A stretch of 63,216 nucleotides of DNA, counting the filler, from Octopus bimaculoides (lineage: Eukaryota), in assembly GCF_001194135.2 (NCBI RefSeq). It is 9 parts of 8 records of this genome, joined end to end, with 100 filler letters (N's around TTAATTAATTAA, not from the genome) between each part and the next. Parts side by side here need not be neighbours in the genome. Positions count along the whole stretch, not along the records: positions 13,275 to 26,908 come from NC_068984.1; positions 27,009 to 40,450 come from NC_068981.1; 7 more parts are not named here. The stretch is one strand, 5' to 3'. The translations under genes were made by a program, and so were the position numbers. The notes beneath the pieces are model-generated. The model was not told the origin of the DNA, did no database searches, and saw nothing but the letters and a program-made list of their open reading frames with translations. This document shows positions 26,412 to 38,015 of this stretch, in pieces (positions within the stretch are counted from its first letter, which is position 1; every line of letters begins with the position of its first letter).

Positions 26412-26665
26412 AGGCGCGTGGTCTAATGGTGAAGGTGTTACAGTGACAATCGGAAGATCGTGGTTTCGATTCTTGGAACATGCGGTGCACTATCTTCTTG
26501 AGCAAACATTTCATCTCACTTTACTCTTGTCCACTCAACTATCCTACGATGAACCGATGCCCCGTCCAGGGGGAATGCTGTGATCTCGGTCACTCATGCG
26601 CCAAGGAAACCGGGCAATTGGTCTTATGAGTTCTAGGACTCGAGGCAGTAATATCCGGGGTTTGT
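26412..26665 (+). mobile_element. tRNA-derived SINE family C
   Basis: A box tggtctaatggt, B box ggtttcgattc, cttgagcaaacatttcat, core cgatgaaccgatgccccgtccagggg. Confidence 0.75.
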
Positions 26666-27628
26666 TGTTATTGTTGATGATGATGACGACGACGACGATG
26701 ACGACGACGACGATGATGATGATGATGTTGATGATGATGATGATGATAATGATGATGATAATGATGATGATGATGATGAAAGATAAGGGCCAGTTTGAAC
26801 ACTTAACACAAGATGTCAACCTTTCCAGGCATGAAATAACATATCCAGCCCTTTATAATCCAACGCGTCTTTGTCTTTTCAAAAAGTGATTCGAAAAGGG
26901 TCCAGGTCNNNNNNNNNNNNNNNNNNNNNNNNNNNNNNNNNNNNNNNNNNNNTTAATTAATTAANNNNNNNNNNNNNNNNNNNNNNNNNNNNNNNNNNNN
27001 NNNNNNNNAATAACGGAACGCTGAACTCCAGACTATCAACTTAAACAACATTTATTCAGGTGGTAAATATATACATCTTTAGCTCTTGTTTGTTGTTACA
27101 GCTTCTGTGTGTACGAGCATTGTTGTTGGGACGTTGGTATGTAGATGTAAGCGAGCTGTCGAGCGTAAGTTCGTATAGATGGAGAGAGACAGCTAAACAC
27201 GTCCATGCTCAATCGCTGGCCAGCAAGAAAGAGACAGAATGAAGCGGGAAATCTTGCTTGTTGAATTCCACGCATGCGTGAGACTACGCATGCGCACGGC
27301 GTTACTACAGTCTTTCCAGGTCATACAAACACACCCGTACGAAAAATAACTATCAATGTTACTTACAGGAACGTGACTATTTCTGCCTGCTTTATAATGA
27401 TTGACACATTCCAGAAACCAGTGAGTGGAGGTGAATATTTCGTAATTTTGCGTTATTTCACATGTTTAAAGAACTTACAACACAAACAACATCAAGTCTA
27501 CAAATGTACCTGAAAAAAAAAGTCTTCATGCTTCTCTAGATTGTCAATATGAGGATATAAGCATAAGGATAAAGATGGGTGCACTGTGTAATGATTTAGA
27601 ATTCATTATTGTCGAGCGGTTCTCTCTA

Positions 27629-28050
27629 AGGTGCAAGCATGCCTGAGTAGCTGAGAAGCTCGTTTTGCAAACATGTAGTCTTGGGCTCAGTATCACAGAG
27701 CAACTTCATGAAGACCACCATCTTTGGTGATGAGACATTGGTTTATGGTCTCTGTACAATGCGTTAGGGCATCTTGCGTGAAAACGAAAATCCGACGTGC
27801 GCGTTACACGTCTGTACTCTAGGCGTAACAGCCAGGAACTGATGTGGCTTACTGACGCGAAAATCTTTACGCATGTGCAGGAAGAGTAACGTCACCTCCC
27901 ATCCAAAGGATTTTGCTCAAGTGGCATTACTTTTGGCGGGACAAAATAACTACTATAACCTTGGATCGACCAATGCTTTGTGAGTGAATTTAGTAGACGG
28001 AAACTGCGTAGCAGTCCGTCTAATGTGTATGTGTATGTTGCGCGCACGCG
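27629..28050 (+). mobile_element. SINE family B interrupted by a mariner fragment (27704-27949)
   Basis: Head 27629-27703. Body resumes at ctactataaccttggatcgaccaatgctttgtgagtg (27950) and runs into (TG)n. Confidence 0.7.
27704..27949 (+). mobile_element. Fragment of long-TIR mariner derivative
   Basis: Roughly 80% identical by eye to the reverse complement of 28082-28329, including the GDETWVY block and the same ORF-to-TIR junction. Confidence 0.85.
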
Positions 28051-28057
28051 TGTGTGT

Positions 28058-28952
28058 GGTGCGTTCCAAAGGTATCCGCTTTTATTTCGTCCCGCCAAAA
28101 CTAATGCTGCACGGGCAAAATTCTTTGGATGGGAGGTGACGCTACCCTTCCTGCACATGCGTAAAAGTTTTCGCGTCGGTAAGCCGCATCAGTTCCCCAC
28201 CGTTATGTCTAGAGTACAGTCGTGTGGTGCGCGCACGTCGGATTTTCGTTTTCCCGTAAGATGCCCTACAGCATCATATAGAAACCATAAACCCATGTCT
28301 CATCACCAATGACGATGGTCTTCATGAAGTCTGGGTGGTGGTTTGCACATTCCAGCATGTCCTGAGCGATTTCTATGCGGAGTAGCTTCTGCTGTTCCGC
28401 CAGCACCTTGCAGATGATTTCCACCGATACTCTCCGCATGCACAAATCCTCTACCGAAACGGGATGTACTGATCATGTGCTTATTCTCACTTCGTGAGCA
28501 ATTTCCGGGACTGTTACACGACGGTCTACTATGACTATTTTTCCGAACCTTCTCAATCGGCTCCGCGTTTCGGTTTGTGGATGTCCTAGATGAGCGTGCC
28601 TCGCTTGTCCCTGAGGTGCAGCCATGTTTGAAACGGCTGTACCACTCCTTGATCTGACTTTTGCCCATGGTATTATCTCCATAGGCCTGCTGAATCTTCT
28701 GGATGGTTTGAGCCTGAGTATCACCAATTGGCAATATCTTTGATCGATGCGTTCGGTGAAAACTAAAATCCGACGAGTGCGCACTACCCATCTGTACTCT
28801 AGGTGTAAAAGCCGAGAAGTGACGAGGCCTATCGGCGCAAAAATGTTCACGCATGTGCAGGAAGGGTGGTGTCACCTTCCACCCGAAGGATTTTGTCCAC
28901 GCGGTATTAATTTTGACAGTAAAAAATAAAGTCGGATACTTTTTGAACGCAG
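28058..28952 (-). mobile_element. Deleted mariner with about 200-bp TIRs
   Basis: Ends gcgttccaaaggtatccg / cggatactttttgaacgc with homologous ~200-bp arms. Internal frameshifted transposase IQQAYGDNTMGKSQIKEWYSRFK..DRRVTVPEIA..DFMKTIVIGDETWVY, truncated after the first Asp. Confidence 0.9.
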
Positions 28953-29016
28953 TAACCGTTGAGAAAAAATTCGCGCTTATGATAAAAGGTGTAATAATGT
29001 TCAGAATCTCTCGTTT

Positions 29017-29408
29017 GCGGATTCCTAGATGCATTTCTGATTCTTTAGCTTTTCTCAGTAAGAAATACCGAAGTGAGATAACTCAAACAGATTCTAAAGC
29101 TGTACGTTTATCTTAAAACAGTCAATATCAATGACTGAGTTGCGCCCACAAACCACCTAATCGAAATAAATACGATGGTATCAGCGCTAAACGGTGATGA
29201 AGAATAAACTTTAGGTTAGTTAAAATATGTTTGCGAAATATTTCAGCTTCTAAAGGCAAATTCACTGCAGTTACCTCCCCCTAGCGGACTCCGAGATGCA
29301 TTTCTGGCTGCTTACCCTTCCTGAGTAGGAGATATCGAAGAGATAATTCGAGCAGATTCTAAAACCGCAGATTTATCTTAAAACAGTCAATATCAGTGAC
29401 TGAGTTGC
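29017..29408. repeat. Diverged direct repeat, 2 x ~125 bp, period 267
   Basis: 29017-29143 and 29284-29408 share gcgga.tcc.agatgcatttctg..cagattctaaa..tttatcttaaaacagtcaatatca.tgactgagttgc. Confidence 0.85.
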
Positions 29409-29699
29409 TCCCTGCAGTCACATCAAATGTCATTTACAAGTGACAACAGACTGAAAACATTCAAAGTTGTTTAGACAAGACACAACTGAAACAATACACG
29501 AACTGATAATTTCAGACCCTTAATGCTGCCTAAAGATTTCAGCCAAGGTGTTGGAAAAGGAATTGGTACTTGTCGTTGTTAGAACATAGATCTGTGCGAT
29601 TCTCAGAAGTTATTCAGGACAACCTTCATCGTATACGAGGAATGACAGAGAATCAATAATAAATCTGGCTTTAGTAGGCTTCAGGTTAATTTAGATAAA

Positions 29700-30000
29700 T
29701 TAAAACTTTTGGAATGGTCGACCTTTGCAATTTGCATCGCCTCTTTGCAGTGTACTTGTAACTTGGCATCTGCAAAACAGTTTCGGGCTTACTTTCATCG
29801 ACTTGATTGCCTTGATAACTCCACGGTGGTCAGATTTAAAGGCTAACTTTCAGAACTGTTTCGAATGACAGACTTTGTGGCTCTTTTCATCGCTCCTGTA
29901 CATTTTTGACAACTGAAACAAAACTGTGGAAGTTAGACGTGCTGAAGGAAGCATTCTGCTCCAGTACGGAAGAGTCGTGTCTGCAAACGAGGGTAACGTC
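29700..30000 (-). mobile_element. Decayed CR1-like LINE remnant
   Basis: Minus-strand fragments PVLEQ, KNVQ..KRATK, LNLTTVELSR resemble RP.LEY, E.VQ.RATK, LNL.TLE.RR. Confidence 0.35.
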
Positions 30001-30189
30001 ATTGTGCGATTGTACATCCAGTTAATTATCTCGATCAGTACACGATAGTTTTGGAATGTATTCGGCGTATGAACTGATGCTTGTGATAAACTTTTGTTTA
30101 ATCTTCAGATTTAATTTACACATCTTCAAAATCGGTGCCATATAAAAGTTACTGTTGTTTGGTTTACTATACTCGAATTAAAAATATTC

Positions 30190-30233
<44 letters not shown>

Positions 30234-31011
30234 TGGATCTTGCATGCATGAAGTGGATTCGATCCACTACACCCAAATTTAAATCAACACTGCAACAGAA
30301 CTTTTTCCACGGTGGAATAATAGTTTTTCTCTGACAGCAGTTTAATATTTTCCAGATGCCTTTACCTAGGCCGAAACAATGTCTTCACCACTTGACCCTT
30401 CCTAACCTCTTCTACTCCACGAAAAGCTAGAATAGAGATAACAAAACCACCAACTAAATCTATTGTTCTCAATAATATATCTACCCTTCTGGATTGTTAT
30501 AAAAGCAAGGAAACCCCAAGAAACATTTAGTTTAGTCACCAGTCGGTGACGACTCAACCAGTCCAGTCACATAGTGACGACTCAGTGAGAACGAAGTCTG
30601 GCTGACCAGCTAGAACCTTGGCCAGAGGGAGAAAGAAGGCTACAACCAGCCAACTATGAGACACAACCACCCTCGACTCTATAACTTTCACTGGCTCACT
30701 TTCTTTTCTCTGTAACATTACCATATCTCTGCTACAAGATCGTGTACACACATATACAGGCCGAAATTAACTTTCTTTACCTTGCATGCTTTACGAACAG
30801 TGTTATACTATTACACTAACCTACCCGTCGTGGTATGGCATTTATTAAAGTAACGATAAACATATATTTCTTTACAACTCGATCGCTGTTCTTCGTTCAT
30901 CTTACAACCGTTACAATTGGTAACCTCCGNNNNNNNNNNNNNNNNNNNNNNNNNNNNNNNNNNNNNNNNNNNNNNNNNNNNNNNNNNNNNNNNNNNNNNN
31001 NNNNNNNNNNN

Positions 31012-31063
<52 letters not shown>

Positions 31064-31657
31064 TGTTGTATTTGGGTATGGTCATGTTGCCAGTTTAGCC
31101 GTTGAAGGTGGCGATGGTGTTGGTGCCGTTACTACTGGTATTGGTAATAGTACTATTGTTGTTATGGCCATCGCCGTTGATGGAGATGCTGTCACTGGTA
31201 TCATCGGCGATGGCTCTGCTGCTATTTCCTTTAGGGATACTGTCATAGCTGTCGTTGACGTTGTTGTTGTTGTTGTTGTTATTATCGCTGACGGTGGTGC
31301 TGCTGCTGGTTCTGTTCGTGCCTCTGCTGCTGCTATTAGGGTTGGCCAGTACCTCAGCTTCTTAGACGACGCCCTTGGTTTCGCAGTGGTCTCTCACGAC
31401 GGGATTCCACACACAACATCATGGAGAATCCCAGAAAATCCAGGTCCCTACATAAACTGAAGCAAGCGTTGTAAACGTGCATAGTAGAGCACTAGCACAG
31501 TTTGGGCCATCTGGTGTTATCCACAGCTGGGATATATTTTCGATGGATCTACTTCAGGAAGTTCCACTCATGGGGGACAGTAGCAGGATGTAAAACGATT
31601 GTTTTACAAAATAGAGATTAATTCTGAATCCACCTTCTGGTTACTTAACCATTTATC

Positions 31658-31689
<32 letters not shown>

Positions 31690-33028
31690 NNNNNNNNNNN
31701 NNNNNNNNNNNNNNNNNNNNNNNNNNNNNNNNNNNNNNNNNNNNNNNNNNNNNNNNNNNNNNNNNNNNNNNNNNNNNNNNNNNNNNNNNNNNNNNNNNNN
31801 NNNNNNNNNNNNNNNNNNNNNNNNNNNNNNNNNNNNNNNNNNNNNNNNNNNNNNNNNNNNNNNNNNNNNNNNNNNNNNNNNNNNNNNNNNNNNNNNNNNN
31901 NNNNNNNNNNNNNNNNNNNNNNNNNNNNNNNNNNNNNNNNNNNNNNNNNNNNNNNNNNNNNNNNNNNNNNNNNNNNNNNNNNNNNNNNNNNNNNNNNNNN
32001 NNNNNNNNNNNNNNNNNNNNNNNNNNNNNNNNNNNNNNNNNNNNNNNNNNNNNNNNNNNNNNNNNNNNNNNNNNNNNNNNNNNNNNNNNNNNNNNNNNNN
32101 NNNNNNNNNNNNNNNNNNNNNNNNNNNNNNNNNNNNNNNNNNNNNNNNNNNNNNNNNNNNNNNNNNNNNNNNNNNNNNNNNNNNNNNNNNNNNNNNNNNN
32201 NNNNNNNNNNNNNNNNNNNNNNNNNNNNNNNNNNNNNNNNNNNNNNNNNNNNNNNNNNNNNNNNNNNNNNNNNNNNNNNNNNNNNNNNNNNNNNNNNNNN
32301 NNNNNNNNNNNNNNNNNNNNNNNNNGTATGTGCTTAAGTGGTGTGAGAAAAAGGATGTCAATTGGGGAAGAATTCGGATCAAACTATAAACAACAGAAGA
32401 GAAAACAAAATGGGCAGTCATGGGAAATACATTAACGGTGATCGTTTCTAATCCTAAATGAACAATGGTATTTTGTTGGCACTTCGTCGCTTACGACGTC
32501 GAGGGTTCCAGTTGATCCGATCAACGGAACAGCCTGCTCGTGAAATTAACGTGCAAGTGGCTGAGCACTCCACAGACACGTGAGAACATTTTAGTAGATT
32601 CTAAAACAATATCCTTTCTATAAAAAAAAAAGGAAGGTCAAATATAAGGCAAAGCACTTGACATGGTCTTGATGTTATATCCTGTTTGCGACAATGGTAG
32701 ATAGACATCAAAACGTGAAATACAAACAACAGTCTCATTTGCACCTTATTATTGTCAACAATGTACCAAGAAAAACTGGCTGTGATAACATCGATGTCGA
32801 ATATTGACACAAAATCAGAAATACTGAGGAAACAGTACAAACCAATTAATTCGATCTCGGTATATTACTTAACACTTCATTTTGTTGTGGTGGTTATAAA
32901 CAATGTCGAGGAAGGGCGATCCGAAACTCCTTCAAATCTTCATTTTTCAAGTTTTATCAACAGCCGCAGGCAGTTGTATGGTTTAGAGACTTGATTTGTA
33001 ACCACATGATTACGGGTTCAGGCTCACT

Positions 33029-33412
33029 CAAAGCCCGATTAAGACTCATAGAGGTCCATTACTCTTAAAAAATTTTGGTGCTCCCATATATATATAATTC
33101 AAAATATAAACAATAATCTTTTCTACTCTAGGCACAAGGCCCGAAATTTTGTGGGGTGGGGGCCAGTCGATTAGAGCGATGCCAGAACTTGACTGGTACT
33201 TAATTTATCGACTCCGAAAGGATGAAAGGCAAAGTCAACCGCGGCGGAATTTGAACTCAGAACGTAAAGACATACGAAATACCGCAAAGCATTTCGCCTG
33301 GCGTTCTAACGTTTCTGCCACTTGCTGCCTTAAAATAGAAACAATAATGACCTATAGAATATAACAATTTTCAAATTGAAACAAAGCTAACAGTAAGATG
33401 TTAATCCAGCTG
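33029..33412. mobile_element. Putative hAT MITE with 8-bp TSD
   Basis: GGCTCACT duplicated at 33021-33028 and 33413-33420. CA..TG termini. Decayed TIRs caaagcccgattaa / ttaatccagctg. Confidence 0.55.
33115..33333 (-). mobile_element. SINE family A nested in the hAT-like MITE
   Basis: Full head, core and tail on the minus strand. Confidence 0.9.
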
Positions 33413-33539
33413 GGCTCACTGCTCGGCACCTTGGGCAAGTGTCTTCTACTGCAGCTCCGGGCCGACCAAAGTCTTGTGGATGAATTTGGTAGATGAAAGA
33501 AGGAACCCATCGCGCATGCGTTTAAGTGTGCGTGCGTGA

Positions 33540-33637
<98 letters not shown>

Positions 33638-33785
33638 ATCTGCGCGTGCGTGCGTGTAACACCACCTGACAACCGGTGTTGTTTTGTTTACGTGTGTCAC
33701 CTTGTGTCACCTTGTGTCACCATGAGTGGTTGATTGCTAAGTTGGGTTGATGAACAAAGATATAATTTGTTGGCTGCGTGAATAA

Positions 33786-34357
33786 TTGAAACCAAACCCG
33801 TAAACATTTAACTGAAATATCAATTATCGGACACAAATATATTTATTATTGGTCATTTACAATTACTAATATATATAATTACATACTGGGAGAGAAACAA
33901 CTGCTCTTAAATTACAGAAAACTATCTGTATAGCAACATGCTGTCGGCCCAACGTATACGAAATCATTGCACTCTTTTCGTGGCGATAGAGGTCCTTGGT
34001 CTGTCTGCCTTAGGCCGTCTGCGATGGCAAGAATGGAGGCGCTTGTCATCTGCTCCCTTTAGCATTCTGCAAAGAGTTGAGACGCCAAAGCGGCATTTAC
34101 ATAGGGTACAAGATGAACATCCAAGAAACTACATTATTCCACTTCTTCATGCTGATTAGTTGCTTAATAGAAAGATCACGTGAAGCTATTGTGGTTCGCT
34201 CATGGCGTCTGACCAGTTAGCTATACGTCCTTTTAGCTGTTGTCTCTCTCCCAGTGTGTAATTGTTAATGATAGTAATTGTAAATGACGAACAATAAATA
34301 TAATTGTGCCGCCCGATAATAGATATTTCAGCTAAACGTTTACGGGTTTGGTTTCAA
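33786..34357. mobile_element. Foldback/MITE element with ~120-bp inverted arms
   Basis: 33786-33905 versus 34235-34357: ttgaaaccaaacccgtaaac.ttta.ctgaaatatc.attatcgg..gtcatttacaattact..aattaca.actgggagaga.acaac.gct. Confidence 0.85.
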
Positions 34358-34384
34358 AGAGCAATAAGAATAAATATTTGACTT

Positions 34385-34640
34385 AAAAAAAACTTAAGTA
34401 CTGGGGTCGATTTGTTCTACTAAACCCTTTAACATGACCGCAGTCCAATGACTAAAACAAGTAAATCATAAAATAATATTTATACGTGTATATCTTTGTA
34501 TTTGTCCATTCCTCGACTGTTAGACAATCGATGTTAATTTATTTACATGCTCATAACATAGCGGTTCGGCAAAAGGGACCATAGCATAAGTACCAGACTA
34601 AAAAATAAGTAATGGAGTCGATTGTTCAATAAAGCCCTTA
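34385..34640 (+). mobile_element. SINE family B tail fragments
   Basis: ggggtcgatttgttc..catgaccgcagtccaatgactaaaacaagtaa and agcggttcggcaaaagggacc. Confidence 0.6.
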
Positions 34641-34647
34641 TAATATT

Positions 34648-34861
34648 AGTTTCAAATTTTGGCACAAAGCCAACAATTTCGGGGTAGGATAAGTCAATTA
34701 CATCGTCCCTCGTACTCAACTGATACTTATTTTATCAATCCCGAAAAGATGAAAGGCAAAGTCGACCTAGGCGGTATTTGATCTCAAAACGTAAAGATGG
34801 ACGAATTGCCAGTAAGTATTTTTCCTAGCATGCTAAAGATTCTACCAACTCGCCAACTTAA
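34648..34861 (-). mobile_element. SINE family A (diverged)
   Basis: cccgaaaagatgaaaggcaaagtcgacct core and head. Confidence 0.8.
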
Positions 34862-34872
34862 AGATTTTTCAT

Positions 34873-35093
34873 AATATCGGTAAACTACGGCCCGCGGCTT
34901 CATTTCATTCGGCTTGTTAATTTTTTTTCTCATTTGTCTTTGGTGAGAGAAAAAAAAACTTACTGTAAGAAATATAATAAAAGTCCCATTTTTGTACTGG
35001 ACCCAAATGAATCAACGCTTTACAAAAATACAAAACACAAAAGTGATATTCTTTAATTCGGTTAATAAAAAAAAGGGAAGTTTGCCCCCGGTG
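34873..35093. mobile_element. hAT/Charlie-type MITE remnant
   Basis: Left tcggtaaactacggcccgcgg and right aagtttgcccccggtg resemble Charlie-type termini. Confidence 0.45.
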
Positions 35094-35202
35094 CGATATT
35101 TTAAACAGTAAATATTTTAAAAGAATGTACCTAAATAACTGGCGTAACAGGAAGTAATGGTGTCTCATACATTGTTGCATTAAAGTTTTTAAGGTATAAT
35201 TG

Positions 35203-35316
35203 AAAGGATAAAAGCAAAGTCGACCCCAGCGAAATTTCAAGACAGACGTATAGATGGAAGAAATGCTGATAGGCAGTTGACCGGCGTGCTAACGACTCCG
35301 CCAGCTCCCGCCTTAA
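35203..35316 (-). mobile_element. SINE family A, 5' half
   Basis: ggcgtgctaacgactccgccagctcccgccttaa head. Confidence 0.75.
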
Positions 35317-35616
35317 AAGTATGCAATAATAATGGACAGTTCTAGAGTGCTCGCCTCCTTGATCGCGTTGTTAGCTCACAAGTGGGCGGTAGTTCTCAAA
35401 GGGAGGTTGGCAAAATAGAAATAGGCGTATTTAAAGGCTCTTGACTTTTCTGAAAAATAACAGATCTAAACCAAGTACAATGCTTACATTTTAAACAAAT
35501 TTTCAATAAGTCTTTGTCATAATAAGAATATGAGTATGACATTGTGTTGCCAGAGAGCAGAGACATGACAGAGGGTGCGCCAAAGCCCAACAGAATTCTA
35601 TTATTTAAACCTTCCT

Positions 35617-35826
35617 TTAAGGCGACAAACTGGCAGAATTGTTGGAGTGTCGGAAAAATGCTTTGCAGTATTTGTTCCATCTTTTACATTCTGAGTTCAA
35701 ATCCCACCAGAATCAGCTTCGCCTTCCATCCTTTCGAGGTCAATAGAATAAAGTACCCATCAAGTACGGAGTCGATGGCTGCGAGAAACTCTTCTCCATA
35801 AATTTGCTGGTTTTGTGCCAAAGTTT
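35617..35826 (+). mobile_element. SINE family A (diverged)
   Basis: taaggcgacaaactggcagaattg..gagttcaaatccc..ccttccatcctttcgagg. Confidence 0.8.
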
Positions 35827-36326
35827 TTATATATGTCTTCGTCTTCTTGTGTAACTTTTATAGAATTTAACATTGGAAATACAACAGTGGCGTAGCTAGG
35901 ATGTGTGCCGCCGGAGACGGCTCTTGAGTTTGCCCTTTCAACGGGATCCCGCCTCTATACAGGCATATCCAGCGCCCAAAAATGTCCAAAAATGCCACCC
36001 CACATAAAGGCATCTCCCGGGGATGAATGCCTTCTCAACCCTTCCCAGTTAGATTATTGGGGCATTGGATCTTTGGAAATATCTAAAAGGAGTAAAGAGG
36101 CACATACTGTATGGAATAGTAGCAGGAAACAATACAAATTTAAATTACCGTGCGACATTAGGTTTTGTTTTTATCTTATTTTATTTTCAAAACGTGGGAA
36201 AGGATATTTGCTGAACGCCATTCGATGAAAATTAGTGTTGAGCTACAGAAGACTGAAAACGACTGCTATAAAGCATATAATATGTCGAAAGTATGTTGAA
36301 AGAATTATTATATTTATTATTATTGC

Positions 36327-36535
36327 TGAGGCGTCGAGCTGGCAGAATCGTTAGCACGCCGGACGGAATGTTTAGAGGCATTTAGTCCGTCTTCACGTTC
36401 TGAGTCCAAATTCTGCCAAGGTCGACTTTGCTTTTCACTCTTTCGGGGTTGATAAATTAAGTACCATTGAAGCACTAGGGTCGATGTAATCGACTAGTGC
36501 CCCCGCCACAAATTTCAGAATTTTTGCCTTTAGTA
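36327..36535 (+). mobile_element. SINE family A in an (ATT)-rich context
   Basis: Full head and core. Confidence 0.85.
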
Positions 36536-36562
36536 AAATATTATTATCATTATTATTATTAT

Positions 36563-36594
<32 letters not shown>

Positions 36595-36611
36595 TATTAG
36601 TATTATTAGCT

Positions 36612-37110
36612 TTGAAATATGAGAAGCCGTTTTTACTTTCGGGACAAATGTTATGTGACAAACTTATTGACGCTGGGTTGAAAATCATAGCGGAAAATTT
36701 TCCTGAAATTCCAATACAACCAACCATTTTTTCTCACACGGAATTTCTAACATACAGACCACACCGCATACTGTTCATTCATCACATCAAGAACAATTAT
36801 TTTGTTTTGTTGACCAATTTTTCCGGAGATGTTTATGTTTATGACAGTTTGAACTTACCAGTACCACAGGCACTAACCAATACAGATAACAATGTTGTAC
36901 TCGCTACAAACAAACATAATTCCTACAGTTCAACAAGTTCATATTACTCATCCCCAAGTTGGCGCATGTGATTGTGGTCCTTTTGCCCTAGCGCACACAT
37001 TTGAACTGGTCATTGAAAACTCTCCAGAAAAGTTTTTATTTGATCAGTCAAAAACGCGAGCACATTTAAGATTTTGCCTCGAAAACAATAAATTTGTTCC
37101 TTTCCCGTAA
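36612..37110 (+). pseudogene. Ulp1/SUMO-protease-like (peptidase C48) domain, frameshifted, TE-associated
   Basis: Two overlapping ORFs join as ..LCDKLIDAGLKIIAENFP..ILFIHHIKNNYFVLL..VYVYDSLN..HPQVGACDCGPFALA..FDQSKTRAHLRFCLENNKFVPFP. Asp, Gln and Cys motifs are present; the catalytic His position reads Tyr (tat, one transition from cat). Confidence 0.7.
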
Positions 37111-37369
37111 GTAAAGGTTTTTCAAATGCCTACAAAAACCACAGAAATCACCCACTTTCTATCACCACTCAGAAATGGATTACTCCTTGAAAGACGACTA
37201 AAAATTATGACTTCTCACATGAACATTCAGAACAATTTTTATCACCCAATAGGTTCCATGTTTTAAGTGAAGATATTCGAGCAAAGCCCAAAAGGTAGTC
37301 CGGAATTTAATGAAAGTAAGACTGAAAAACATTTTCCCAAGAAAATCCATCACACTAGAGAAAAAGTCG

Positions 37370-37925
37370 GTCATAAATTTATCTAAACTAAAACTTTCAC
37401 CAGACGATGTTTGTTTTGGAGCTCGGACTAAGTTTCTGCCTAAGCACTAAGCATTTCGACAAGAATGAACTAGCTTAAGGGCTATTTCAGTTTGTCCGCC
37501 GTCACAAGCTGAAGGAATATTTTTTTGAAAAAATAAAAACGAGGAGTCAGAAAACTCTATACTTACTGAAAATAAAAATGACGATGATCGAATCTGGCAT
37601 AATTGGAGTGAAAAGAATCCCAATTGATATCCAGATAAAGTTCGGGATGGACGTTCACAAGCACTACTGGAATTTTTTTAACCTTGTCAGACACGTATTA
37701 GGGAAAGCTTTAAAACAAGTGGAAAGAAGACCTGGAATAACCTCACAAATTCCCAGCGTTACGCAATCTGCCGTCTAGCTAATAATGGTTCTATTGTTAT
37801 TAAAATGGCAGATAAGAGAGGCGCTATTGTAATTATGGACAAAAGTGAGTATATTTCGGCTTGTGAAGAAGTTTTAAGTGACAAAACGTCATATGAAGAA
37901 TTACCTGTCGATTCAAACCCCAAAC
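37370..37925 (+). mobile_element. Penelope-like element, N-terminal/pre-RT region
   Basis: VINLSKLKLS..LELGLSFC..FQFVRRHKLKEYF..NNLTNSQRYAICRLANNGSIVIKMADKRGAIVIMDKSEYISACEEVLSDKTSYEELPVD. This is the PLE pattern (VINLS, KGL.F, F.RRL.LKE.F, IKPADKGGA.V.MD). Confidence 0.85.
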
Positions 37926-37954
37926 GTTGCGCTCGTATATGCAAGAATATTTCT

Positions 37955-38015
37955 AGTGGTTAGGGTGTTGTACTTACGATCGCAAGGTCGTGGTTTTGAT
38001 TCCTACACCGATCGA
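37955..38015 (+). mobile_element. SINE family C head truncating the PLE
   Basis: agtggttagggtgttgtacttacgatcgcaaggtcgtggttttgattcc. Confidence 0.6.

Larger units (their letters stand above)
32985..33690 (+). mobile_element. SINE family B split by a hAT-like insertion
   Basis: Head aaccacatgattacgggttcaggctcact ends at 33028. Body resumes at 33413 (ggctcactgctcggcaccttgggcaagtgtc), then (TG)n, then tail start gacaaccggtgttg. Confidence 0.75.

Noticed and set aside
31090-31460. Stop-free Ser/Thr/Asn-rich frames on both strands (mucin-like exon?)
   Set aside because: Degenerate trinucleotide repeat stays open in several frames. No convincing start, splice sites or recognisable domain.
35885-35935. 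hAT-like terminus CAGTGGCGTAGCTAGG (and a Charlie-like end near 16440-16473)
   Set aside because: No matching opposite terminus or TSD found, so no element can be delimited.
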